A stretch of 22,085 nt of DNA from Fidelibacterota bacterium (GTDB lineage: Bacteria; Fidelibacterota; Marinisomatia; Marinisomatales; TCS56). Under the pieces are notes generated by a model. That model was not told the DNA's origin. It did no database searches and saw only the letters and a list, made by a program, of their open reading frames with translations. Positions 8,891-17,796 of this stretch are shown here, in pieces (the first letter of the stretch is position 1; every line of letters begins with the position of its first letter). A program made the position numbers and the translations under genes. The stretch lies in the NCBI GenBank assembly GCA_043822705.1, contig JBDRBK010000011.1, positions 1-22,085 on the forward strand. The letters are read 5' to 3'.

Positions 8891-9615
8891 TTCGACAAAT
8901 CTCCGCTGTCTCGCTTGTTAACATATTTATCCCACAGATCGGGTCGGCGCCGGCGGGTGATTTCTTCCCGCTGTTTCAGTCGCCACGCTTCAATCTGCCG
9001 GTGATGACCGCTTAGTAATACTTCTGGTACTGGTCTGCCATCGATCTCCCGGGGCCGGGTGTAGTGAGGACCGTCCAGCAGGTCAGTGGCAAATGAGTCG
9101 GTCATCGCCGATTCATAAGTATTCAGGACGCCGGGGATCAACCGGACGATGCTGTCAATCATCAGCATGGCCGGCAATTCTCCGCTACTCACCACAAAGT
9201 CGCCCAGGGAATATTCCCGGGTGACATATTTTTCCCGGACCCGTTCATCGATGCCCTTGTAATGTCCGCAAATAACAATTAGCTGCTTTTTTTCACTGAT
9301 CGCCAGCGCTTCGCCATGGGACCAGAGTTCGCCTGCCGGTGACGGGTACAGCACTTCATACTCACCGGCGTCCCCGATCAGGTTGATTCCCTGTTCAATA
9401 GCCTGGAACAACGGCTCCGCCATTAACACCATGCCGCTGCCCCCACCGAAAGGCGCGTCGTCGATCTGGTGGTAGTTGCTCAGACCGAAATCGCGCAAAT
9501 TCACCACATGAAACACCACCACCTGCCGTTCCACCGCCTGCCGCAAAATGCTGTTTTGGATGACCATGTCAATCACGGCCGGTGTCGGTGTAATTATTAC
9601 TATCTGTGATTTCAA
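8887..9615 (-). CDS. trmD: tRNA (guanine37-N1)-methyltransferase TrmD
   Basis: [64 protein letters not shown] start overlapping the rimM stop. Confidence 0.98.
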   Translation of the reverse strand: MKSQIVIITPTPAVIDMVIQNSILRQAVERQVVVFHVVNLRDFGLSNYHQIDDAPFGGGSGMVLMAEPLFQAIEQGINLIGDAGEYEVLYPSPAGELWSHGEALAISEKKQLIVICGHYKGIDERVREKYVTREYSLGDFVVSSGELPAMLMIDSIVRLIPGVLNTYESAMTDSFATDLLDGPHYTRPREIDGRPVPEVLLSGHHRQIEAWRLKQREEITRRRRPDLWDKYVNKRDSGDLSK

Positions 9616-10112
9616 TCCAATAGACCGTCCATCGGTGCGATTGTCACGACCGTCTCCTGGTCATTGATATCTACGATTATCTCGGGAATGGCTGGGATCA
9701 GAATCTCCCGGTTACCACTTTCGATTACATAGACATCGTTGGCGGGTAATGTCAGTATATCCACCAGAACACCGATTTGTTCTCCGCTATTGGTAACCAC
9801 ATCGTAACCAATCAGTTCTTCCGATGACAGATTGATTATATCTTCCTCATTGACATTGACGAATAGAATCTGGCCGATTATCGCTTCGGCATCGTCACGG
9901 GTGTCAATTCCCTTGAAATGATAGCGAACGCGTTTGCCCATTCCGATCGTGCCGTCTAACTGAATTTCCCGAGCCAGATCGTTGGAAAACCCCAGGAACA
10001 GCGGGTGTTCGGCGACATAATCGGAAAAATAGCGCGATATTGGCTGCAACCGGACGTCCCCCTTCAATCCGGCGGCGCGTGTTATTTTCGCTATGGCAAA
10101 CAGTCGTTCCAT
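9612..10112 (-). CDS. rimM: 16S rRNA processing protein RimM
   Basis: GLKGDVR, FKGIDTRDDAE, LIGYDV, PANDVYVI, EILIPAI; located between khpA and trmD. Confidence 0.95.
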   Translation of the reverse strand: MERLFAIAKITRAAGLKGDVRLQPISRYFSDYVAEHPLFLGFSNDLAREIQLDGTIGMGKRVRYHFKGIDTRDDAEAIIGQILFVNVNEEDIINLSSEELIGYDVVTNSGEQIGVLVDILTLPANDVYVIESGNREILIPAIPEIIVDINDQETVVTIAPMDGLLD

Positions 10113-10119
10113 ATTTTCC

Positions 10120-10356
10120 TTACTGGTCGATTACATCCAGACGGGCACGCTTACCGCCCTGCTTGGCATTGATGGCAAAAACCAAAGTCCTAAGAGCTGA
10201 AATATTGCGACCGCTTTTTCCAATAACTTTTCCGTAATCTCCATCACCAACAATCAATTCATAGATTATCCGTTGTTCGGTCTCGACAGAATTCACTCTC
10301 ACGTCATCTGGTTTATCCACTAAGTGTTTGACCACATTTTCGATAAACTCCTGCAT
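10120..10356 (-). CDS. khpA: KH-domain RNA-binding protein KhpA (YlqC family)
   Basis: LVDKPDDVRV, DYGKVIGKSGRNISALRTL (GxxG loop); 78 aa between rpsP and rimM; SD AAGGAG. Confidence 0.93.
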   Translation of the reverse strand: MQEFIENVVKHLVDKPDDVRVNSVETEQRIIYELIVGDGDYGKVIGKSGRNISALRTLVFAINAKQGGKRARLDVIDQ

Positions 10357-10468
10357 CGTTAGTCTCCTTCTCTTAGTTACTTGGACACAGTATTTCCATC
10401 TGCTGATCCAGCGACAGGAGCATTAAACACCATCAATTTCCGACGAGTCGTACGCGGAAATTTTCCGG

Positions 10469-11110
10469 TTAACCCCCCCCCGTCGACTGTTCATCCTCAG
10501 TTGCGGCTTCGGCCGATTCCGCGACCGGTTCGGCGACGGCTGAGGATTCTTCTGAAGACGTTTCCACTTCCGCTGTCTGCGGTTCTTCTGAAGCAACCAC
10601 GACTGGTTCCGCGCTCGGGGCGGTCTCCGCTTCGTCAGCGGCAACCAGCTCCCCGGCCGGTTCATCCACGGCGGTTACTTCCGCCGTGATCGGCTCAGCG
10701 ACCGGAACATCCGCGACAACTTCCGTTACCGCTTCTGCAACCGGGGCTTCGGGAGTTTCTTTTTTACTGGCGGATTTCCTGGCTTTGTCGTCGTGCTTCA
10801 ATTGCCATTTCTGCAATTCTTTTTCCATGGTCTTTTCATCCAGCCCCTGTTTCATGAGATGCCATTTGAAAGCAATACCAGCTTTCTGAAACAGATTATG
10901 AACCGTATCGGTGGCCAGAGCCCCTAATTTCAACCAATGAAAAATTCGTTCTTCATTCAACTTATAAGTATCGGTTCGATCAATCGGATTGTACCATCCC
11001 AGCTCTTCGATCGCAGAGCCGTCACGACGAGTACGCTCATCCATGACGACGACACGATAAAAAGGCCTGTTCCTGCGTCCGATCCGTTTTAACCTGATTT
11101 TCGTTGCCAA
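10469..11110 (-). CDS. rpsP: 30S ribosomal protein S16 with long acidic C-terminal extension
   Basis: KIRLKRIGRRNRPFYRVVVMDERTRRDG, IEELGWYNP, WLKLGA; TTG start after AAGGAG; roughly the last 95 aa are Ala/Glu/Val/Pro/Thr-rich low complexity. Confidence 0.97.
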   Translation of the reverse strand: MATKIRLKRIGRRNRPFYRVVVMDERTRRDGSAIEELGWYNPIDRTDTYKLNEERIFHWLKLGALATDTVHNLFQKAGIAFKWHLMKQGLDEKTMEKELQKWQLKHDDKARKSASKKETPEAPVAEAVTEVVADVPVAEPITAEVTAVDEPAGELVAADEAETAPSAEPVVVASEEPQTAEVETSSEESSAVAEPVAESAEAATEDEQSTGGG

Positions 11111-11123
11111 ACTAAAAATCTCC

Positions 11124-12458
11124 TTAATTTAATCCTGGTAACTTTCCTCTAACAAATTGTCCGGGTAATTTTCCCTTACCCATCTGTCTCATCATTTTTT
11201 GCATCTGCGCGAACTGTTTCAATAACTGATTTATTTCCTGCACCGACCGTCCCGAACCGCGGGCGATTCGCAACCGTCGGCTGCCGTTGATAATCTGCGG
11301 GTTACTCCGCTCCGCCGGCGTCATGGAATTTATGATTGCTTCAGTCCACAACAAATTGCGATCATCGACCTGCAGGTTCTTAATCAATTTCCGGTTGGCA
11401 CCGGGGATCATGCCCAGAATCTGATTCATCGATCCCATCTTACGCAACTGCCGCAGTTGATCGCGGAAATCCAGCAGGTCAAATTTATTTTCAAATATCT
11501 TTTTCTGCAGACGTTCCGCCTGCTTTTCGTCAAAAGCCTCCTGGGCTTTTTCCACCAAGGAAATTACGTCTCCAAAACCCAAAATTCGATCGGCAATTCG
11601 CTGCGGACTGAACAATTCCAATCCATCCAGTTTTTCGGATATGCCGACAAATTTCACCGGTTTCCCGGTCACGGCGGCAATGGAAACGGCCGCTCCGCCG
11701 CGGGCGTCACCATCCAGCTTGGTCAGAATCGTACCAGTCAACTCCAGGGCCCGATCAAAAGCCTGCGCCGAATTGACCGCATCCTGACCGGTCATGCCGT
11801 CAACCACAAACAACGTTTCGTGCGGTTTGACGGCGGCGGCAATGGCCGATATTTCCGACATCATGGCGTCATCGACATGCAACCGGCCGGCGGTATCCAG
11901 GATGACATAATCATACTGTTCGGTCCGGGCGATATCGACACCTTCCCGGCAGATTGTGAGCGCGTCTGTGCCGGCTCCAGTGAATACCGGCACGTCGATT
12001 TGCCGACCCAGCGTACTCAACTGCCGGGCGGCGGCGGGACGGTAGACGTCGGCGGCCACCAGCAGTGGTTTTTTACCCGATTTTTTCAAATAACGTGCTA
12101 ATTTTACAGCAGTGGTGGTCTTACCACAACCCTGCAATCCCGCCAGCAAGACTACGGTCGGCGGTTTGCCGGCTGTCATCAGCGGGGTCGCCTCGCGACC
12201 CAAAAGAACGACCAGTTCGTCACGGATTATTTTTACGAACTGTTCACCCGGCTTGATCGATTTGATTACTTTGGTCCCGGCAGCCTGTTCCTTGACGGTA
12301 TTTACAAAATCCCGGGCAATAGTAAAATTCACATCCGCTTCCAGTAACACCCGGCGGATTTCCCGTGTGGCCTGCTGGATATTGGCATCCGTGATTTTTC
12401 CCAGCCCGCGTAAATTCCGAAGAACCGTATCAAACCGGTCAGTAAGCTGATCAAACAT
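11124..12458 (-). CDS. ffh: Signal recognition particle protein Ffh
   Basis: LLEADV, GLQGCGKTT, DVYRPAA, DTAGR, TKLDGDARGGAA, Met-rich M domain with IINSMTPAER and SRRLRIARGSG. Confidence 0.99.
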   Translation of the reverse strand: MFDQLTDRFDTVLRNLRGLGKITDANIQQATREIRRVLLEADVNFTIARDFVNTVKEQAAGTKVIKSIKPGEQFVKIIRDELVVLLGREATPLMTAGKPPTVVLLAGLQGCGKTTTAVKLARYLKKSGKKPLLVAADVYRPAAARQLSTLGRQIDVPVFTGAGTDALTICREGVDIARTEQYDYVILDTAGRLHVDDAMMSEISAIAAAVKPHETLFVVDGMTGQDAVNSAQAFDRALELTGTILTKLDGDARGGAAVSIAAVTGKPVKFVGISEKLDGLELFSPQRIADRILGFGDVISLVEKAQEAFDEKQAERLQKKIFENKFDLLDFRDQLRQLRKMGSMNQILGMIPGANRKLIKNLQVDDRNLLWTEAIINSMTPAERSNPQIINGSRRLRIARGSGRSVQEINQLLKQFAQMQKMMRQMGKGKLPGQFVRGKLPGLN

Positions 12459-12485
12459 ATTCTTTCAGTTCAAAAATAGCAGCGG

Positions 12486-12514
12486 AAATTATATAGGCGA
12501 AATTTGCTTAACAA
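12486..12514 (-). promoter_or_regulatory. Putative promoter of the ffh-rpsP-rplS operon (TTGTTA-N17-TAATTT)
   Basis: Minus strand TTGTTA (12514-12509), 17-nt spacer, TAATTT (12491-12486), with an overlapping TATAAT; 27 nt upstream of the ffh start. Confidence 0.55.
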
Positions 12515-12898
12515 GACTTTAGAACTAATAGTTTTATTATATTTACATTCCGCGGCCGTCATGCGGCCGGTCAATCGGTCTTCTGTCAAAGTCTGCATAT
12601 TCATGTTTTCGCTTTTCGCCGGGATATTAAACACCGGCGGAAATCAGTACAAGTTCATCGGTAGTTTAATCGCCTGACAACTTATTGACGTTTTACCGGT
12701 CATACAATGGCAGATGAGAAAAAATATCAATTCGATTCATTCCGGGCTTCGGTGGCCGTCACTGGAATCGTTTATAGATATAATATTAAGGATAAACACC
12801 ACTGCTGAAATTGAATCAAATGTCAACAACGGGGACAGCGTCCGCCAACAACCGCTACTTAACATTCGTTTGACTAACTTAACGCCGCAGGAGATAGC

Positions 12899-13459
12899 AT
12901 GGGCAAATTGACCGCTAAAATTATGCTGACCGTTCTTTTATCTGTCACTCTCTCACGAGGACACGTTTACCGCGGGGACGATCATTTCCTGAATGATCTT
13001 GACCTGGACTGGCAAAAGGGCTCCCTGATTATCACGGAAAAGGAAAATGACGATCAACGTGTCGTCATGACGGCAGATGAAAAATTGCTGATCAATGGTG
13101 AGAATGTCCGACTCACTCGGGAACAGAAAAAACTGGTGGGAGAATTCCACATCCTTGCCGGTAAACTCAGTGATCAGGCGCGTGATATCGGCCAGATCGG
13201 GTCAAAAATCGGGGTCGTCGCCGGAGCCATGGCCGCCGAAGCGATCGTCAAAGCATTTGGTTCCTTATTCGATGACGATGACGATTTTGACGACCGTGAT
13301 CATCGGCACGAAAGCCGGGTCGAAAGAAAAGTCGATCTGATGACTGAGGATATTGAAGATTTGGTGTCTGAACTGGAAAATACCATCAATAACATGGAGC
13401 AGGTATACGACCAGCTCAAGCGGGATATACCGGAACTGCGTGATCTGTCCTGGTTTTAA
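12899..13459 (+). CDS. Secreted hypothetical protein, YggN/DUF2884-like
   Basis: SD CAGGAG; signal peptide; LLINGENVRLTREQKKLV resembles the DUF2884 L(F/L)I(N/D)GxxVxLTxxQ pattern; helical C-terminus ending IPEL. Family call is from recall only. Confidence 0.6.
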   Translation: MGKLTAKIMLTVLLSVTLSRGHVYRGDDHFLNDLDLDWQKGSLIITEKENDDQRVVMTADEKLLINGENVRLTREQKKLVGEFHILAGKLSDQARDIGQIGSKIGVVAGAMAAEAIVKAFGSLFDDDDDFDDRDHRHESRVERKVDLMTEDIEDLVSELENTINNMEQVYDQLKRDIPELRDLSWF

Positions 13460-13476
13460 TATTTTCCGGTTTGTTC

Positions 13477-14277
13477 CTACATCACGAACGAACGCATCCT
13501 GACAATATCGAAATACCGGTCGCTTTCCAGCCGGATGGTCTGAGGATCGACCAGTTGAACACCGGGGAAAAAAGAAGCTCGATAAGCCTGAGTCATTTTT
13601 TTGAAGCGTATCTCCACCAGGTAACTGGCGGGAGCAGCCAGCAGACAACCGGCGATGTCACCCTTCAGGGCCTTTTCCACGCCGTCCCGGATACGCCGGA
13701 CGGCCAGATCCGGATGAATACTGACCGTGGAATTACCAATTCCTTTTTTAACCGCCACAGTATGGATACGTTCATTGATATCACGGACTTCGTTGCAGAT
13801 ACCTTCATCCCCGGACAGGAACACCGTCGGGACTTTGAGTTCGGCGGCAATATAGGCGTGCAACAGAAATTCCGAGGCCGAGCGACCGTTAATTTTAAGA
13901 TAATCGATCTTGGATGAGCTCATCGTATGCGCCAGCGGATTACCCTCGGAACCGGCCCGGGCGTGATACCCGATAAAGATGACCGCATCGAATGTTTCAT
14001 CCAATTCCTGGACCATGGAATAGGGATGTCCGCTCCAGCCCCGGATCAGTCGGACTTCCTGCGGTAACATGCTCCCGTTGATATTGCGGCCGGAAGCATG
14101 GGCATCCTTGACCCAGATTTCGCGCGCACCGGCATTCAGGGCTCCCTGGCAGGCGGCGGCGACTTCCGCTGTCATCTGATCCCGGAACGCGGCGTTATCC
14201 GGATGAACCTTATCGACTTCGTCCCAATTGGTCGTTCCGCAGGCACCCTCGATGTCGGCGCTCAGATAAATCTTCAT
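13477..14277 (-). CDS. dppA: M55 family D-aminopeptidase (DppA-like)
   Basis: MKIYLSADIEG, VKDAH, FIGYHAR, LAHT, SE, FLSGD, VAVK: the DppA di-zinc ligand pattern. Start moved to ATG 14277, which follows GAGGT. Confidence 0.93.
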   Translation of the reverse strand: MKIYLSADIEGACGTTNWDEVDKVHPDNAAFRDQMTAEVAAACQGALNAGAREIWVKDAHASGRNINGSMLPQEVRLIRGWSGHPYSMVQELDETFDAVIFIGYHARAGSEGNPLAHTMSSSKIDYLKINGRSASEFLLHAYIAAELKVPTVFLSGDEGICNEVRDINERIHTVAVKKGIGNSTVSIHPDLAVRRIRDGVEKALKGDIAGCLLAAPASYLVEIRFKKMTQAYRASFFPGVQLVDPQTIRLESDRYFDIVRMRSFVM

Positions 14278-14487
14278 TTCAACCTCAGAATTAGTCACAT
14301 AAAATACGAACACGAAAGCGGTTCCAAAAACATGATATGCTTCTGCAACCCCCGAATACCCGATTTTAACCGTTTATCGATTTATTGTTTATTTAAATTG
14401 TATTTTCAGTTATGTTATCCTTGAGAATAAGTGCCACTTGTCCGGGCATCAGATTTAGAGCTATAACTAATCCGCTGCAGGCCTTAA

Positions 14488-15645
14488 ATGAAAATTACTA
14501 AATTCCGGTTGAAACCACTCCTGACCTTGATCCTGCCAATTCTATTGAACAGCATTCATTCGCAGATTTATATCGGCGATTATATGGGAATACAGTCAGA
14601 AATACTCGGTGAACAACGGGTATTACTGGTACATTTGCCCGATGAATATACTCAAACTGAAATTCACTACCCGGTCCTGTACTTGTTGGATGGAGATGAT
14701 CATTTCCACCATGTCACCGGCTTGATCGACCGGCAGGCAGACCTGGGACTCATGCCGCGAATGATCGTTGTCGGTCTGCGCAACAGTAATCGTAACCGCG
14801 ATTTCACCCCTACCAGTGTCAATTACCTGTCGACATCTGGCGGAGCAGACCAGTTTCTTGAATTTTTGAGTAATGAATTGATACCATCGGTGGACTCACA
14901 ATTCCGCACCGCCCCCTACCGGATGCTGGTCGGTCATTCGCTGGGCGGTTTGCTCACCGCCTATGCTTTTCTGAATAAGCCCGATCTTTTCAGCAGTTAT
15001 ATCATACTCAGTCCTGATCTGCTGTATGATGAAGAAAACATTTTCAGTGGCGCTGCCGATCGGCTGAAAGCAATGCCCGCTACCCGTAAGTCGGTATATC
15101 TGGCTGTGGGAAGCTCCGAAGAAAAATTGATCAACCCCAGCCAGCGACTGAACCGTCTGATCAGGAAAAATACTTCGCATAATATCAAGAGTACCTTTGA
15201 AGTCATCAAATACGCCGACCACGGTACAGTTGTCCATCAGGCGATTTACAGCGCCTTGGAAAAAATATTCGGAAACTGGCGTTTTCCACCAGCAGATGTC
15301 TCCGGTGGTTTGAGCGCAATCCAGTTGCATTACAACAAATTATCCGAAGAATTGGGCTACCCGGTCATCCCCTATGAAGCTGACATTAATGCCATGGGTT
15401 ACGCGCTGCTGAAAGCCGGACGACGAACGGCGGCGCTGGATGTGTTCAAGTACAATGTCCGTTTGTATCCCAACTCCGCCAACGCCTACGACAGCCTGGG
15501 CGAAGGATATGCCGCATTATCCGACCTGGAGTCCGCTCTTGACAACTACCGGATTGCGGTGCGGAAAGGTGAGGAATCCGAGGATCCCAATCTGTTCCTC
15601 TTCCGTCAACACCGTGATGCCATCGATCTGCAGATTAAACGTTGA
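14488..15645 (+). CDS. Alpha/beta hydrolase-fold esterase (IroE/BesA-like) with C-terminal TPR
   Basis: YPVLYLLDG, MIVVG, RNRDFTP, GGADQFLEFL, GHSLGG nucleophile elbow, DHGT; TPR INAMGYALL...YPNSANAYDSLGE; signal peptide. Confidence 0.9.
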   Translation: MKITKFRLKPLLTLILPILLNSIHSQIYIGDYMGIQSEILGEQRVLLVHLPDEYTQTEIHYPVLYLLDGDDHFHHVTGLIDRQADLGLMPRMIVVGLRNSNRNRDFTPTSVNYLSTSGGADQFLEFLSNELIPSVDSQFRTAPYRMLVGHSLGGLLTAYAFLNKPDLFSSYIILSPDLLYDEENIFSGAADRLKAMPATRKSVYLAVGSSEEKLINPSQRLNRLIRKNTSHNIKSTFEVIKYADHGTVVHQAIYSALEKIFGNWRFPPADVSGGLSAIQLHYNKLSEELGYPVIPYEADINAMGYALLKAGRRTAALDVFKYNVRLYPNSANAYDSLGEGYAALSDLESALDNYRIAVRKGEESEDPNLFLFRQHRDAIDLQIKR

Positions 15646-15715
15646 TTAATCACCCCAAAATACAATTTCGGATTAGGGAATTCTTTTACATTACGCATAA
15701 TTTTTCCCGGGAATT

Positions 15716-16945
15716 ATGAAACAGGTATTGAAAAATAGTGATTGTCCGATAATCGGCAGGCTTGTTTTCCGCAAGTCGGTCCGGTTGTTAAAACTGGTTA
15801 AAACGACCCCGATCGTTATTACGGTACTGGCGTTGTTAATAGCTTGCGGGCCGAACCGTGAATCGATAAAAATCGGAAAAATTCACCGGATCCAGTCGGC
15901 CATTCTGAATGAAAGCCGGCTTCTGTACATCTACACACCAGCCAATTATAGTCGCAGTGACAGCGATTACCCGGTACTGTACCTGTTGGATGGGGCCACG
16001 CATTTTCACTATGCCACCGGCATCATCGAATTCCTGTCCGCGCGGGTACAGATTCCTCAGATGATCGTAGTAGGCATTGAAACACTCGACAGTGACCATG
16101 ATTTCGTGCCCCCCACCGCCGACGCAACCGCTGCCGGCCGGGCCGATCAATTTTTAAATTTTATCGCCGACGAGGTTGTGCCCTACGTGGAAGAACAGTA
16201 CCGCAGCCAGCCCTATCGGATTCTGGCCGGGCATTCTCAAGGCGGATTGTGCGTCCTGTATTCCCTGCTGTCCCAGCCTGGGCTGTTTAACGCCTATTTC
16301 GCCAGTAGTCCCTGGCTCGACGACAGCGAATATCCGACCTTTGAGCAGGCCGATAACCTCTTGGCGAGTCCTGGCCGGCAGAACCGTTTTCTCTACCTGG
16401 CCTATTCCAGCAGCGAATATTATCTGCTGGATAACATCCAACAGTTCATCACAAAGTTGCAGAACAGCGCACCGTCCACTTTAAACTGGACGGCCCAGGT
16501 ACTGGATTCCGAGTGCCACGAGACCACCCAACACCCCGGACTATATTTCGGTCTGAAAAAATTATACGCCAAATGGCGCGTTCCCCACAGTCTGATGAGT
16601 TCAGATCTCCAGACCATCGATGATCATTTCGCCGCTGTTTCCGAAGAGTTCGGTTATATGATTCCGGCGCCGGAAGCGATTCTGAATATTATCGGCTACC
16701 GCCTGCTGTCGGGGGGGGAAATCGATGAAGCAATCGCCATATTTAAACGGAATGCCGAATTATATCCCAATTCGGCCAATGTTTTCGACGGCCTGGGCGA
16801 GGTCTACGAGACCGCCGGTGAGCTGGAAAAGGCGCTGGCAAGTTACAATATGGCCTATGAACTGGCGATGCGCGTAGACGATCCCAATCTGAATTCTTTC
16901 AAGGAACATATCCTGCGCCTGCGGCAGAAACTGAAGTCCCGCTGA
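15716..16945 (+). CDS. Second esterase-TPR paralogue, probable lipoprotein
   Basis: YPVLYLLDG, GHSQGG, CHET, TPR LNIIGYRLL...YPNSANVFDGLGE; lipobox-like LIA-C. True start may be downstream, for example TTG 15785. Confidence 0.88.
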   Translation: MKQVLKNSDCPIIGRLVFRKSVRLLKLVKTTPIVITVLALLIACGPNRESIKIGKIHRIQSAILNESRLLYIYTPANYSRSDSDYPVLYLLDGATHFHYATGIIEFLSARVQIPQMIVVGIETLDSDHDFVPPTADATAAGRADQFLNFIADEVVPYVEEQYRSQPYRILAGHSQGGLCVLYSLLSQPGLFNAYFASSPWLDDSEYPTFEQADNLLASPGRQNRFLYLAYSSSEYYLLDNIQQFITKLQNSAPSTLNWTAQVLDSECHETTQHPGLYFGLKKLYAKWRVPHSLMSSDLQTIDDHFAAVSEEFGYMIPAPEAILNIIGYRLLSGGEIDEAIAIFKRNAELYPNSANVFDGLGEVYETAGELEKALASYNMAYELAMRVDDPNLNSFKEHILRLRQKLKSR

Positions 16946-16967
16946 TATATTTTAGCGGATGAAATTC

Positions 16968-17008
16968 AAAACCGGCCGGCCATGAAATAACGGGCTGGCC
17001 GGTTTTTT
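16968..17008. terminator. Bidirectional intrinsic terminator
   Basis: AAAACCGGCCGGCC (16968-16981) / GGCTGGCCGGTTTT (16993-17006), 13 of 14 complementary, with A and T tracts on the flanks, between convergent genes. Confidence 0.85.
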
Positions 17009-17019
17009 CAATAGTCGAT

Positions 17020-17796
17020 TTATTTTTTCAATACTGCCTTGGAAAATATATAATCCGGGATATCGACGTCAAACTCGATGGATTCGATAATAAATTCGGT
17101 TCCGTCACCACTGGAAAGAGCATCCTTGAAAATCATCCGTTTCGGGTACCAGCGATCAGCAATTTTAAATACTTCCTTGACGTCGGTGGTTTTCAGTAAT
17201 TTTCCACTTTTGGCAAACAGATCTTCCTTCAAACCGATCAGGCGTTCCTGGTCGACCCAGATTTTCCGGGAATGGTAATTTACGTCATCCACCTTCGCCA
17301 CCAGATGCAAAACCCAGCAGTCCCGATCGCCGATCGCTTCCGAACCCAGCACTTCCGCCGTGTAGGTATCTTCCAGACTACGGTCTTCCATCATGTCTTC
17401 ATAGGATAGGTCAGAGCCCATCATCGACTGGCGCAGCATATGGCCGGCGATTCGGATTATCCGGTCGGATTGGGGTGAATACATCCACAACTGATCACCC
17501 AGCTTCAGCATTTTGGTGCCCTTTTCCCGGGCCGGCGCCAGGTATTCGGTAAATGATTGATCAGTGCCCTGAATCCATGATTTGGCGGTCATTGTGCGAC
17601 TGGACCGGCGGCCGTGAATTATCATCGTCGATGTGGCTGTGCGATTACCGGCAATCGTATTTTCATCTATTCGCCGCAGAATCTCGGTGCCTGATGGCGT
17701 TTGTCCGAGTAGCAGCAGCGGAGCAGTTATCAACAGGAAGAGAACTGAGTTGCTGCGGCTTGATTCCCTTTTCACTGATCTGATTGAGTATATCAT
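17020..17796 (-). CDS. Outer membrane lipoprotein-sorting protein (LolA-like)
   Basis: Signal peptide; APAREKGTKML, LWMYSP, SMMGSDLSYEDM, SGKLLKT, IPDYIFS; last gene of the ABC module. Confidence 0.88.
   Translation of the reverse strand: MIYSIRSVKRESSRSNSVLFLLITAPLLLLGQTPSGTEILRRIDENTIAGNRTATSTMIIHGRRSSRTMTAKSWIQGTDQSFTEYLAPAREKGTKMLKLGDQLWMYSPQSDRIIRIAGHMLRQSMMGSDLSYEDMMEDRSLEDTYTAEVLGSEAIGDRDCWVLHLVAKVDDVNYHSRKIWVDQERLIGLKEDLFAKSGKLLKTTDVKEVFKIADRWYPKRMIFKDALSSGDGTEFIIESIEFDVDIPDYIFSKAVLKK

Noticed and set aside
12459..12898. Search for tRNA-Sec (selC) or SRP RNA near selAB and ffh
   Set aside because: No UCA anticodon arm, T-loop or SRP helix 8 motif found by eye in this or the other intergenic gaps.
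12561..12911. Plus-strand frame from ATG 12561 with one in-frame TGA (12675-12677) continuing into the 65-aa ORF at 12714: possible selenoprotein
   Set aside because: No SD, no redox motif around the UGA, no family resemblance and only a weak downstream hairpin; most likely chance.
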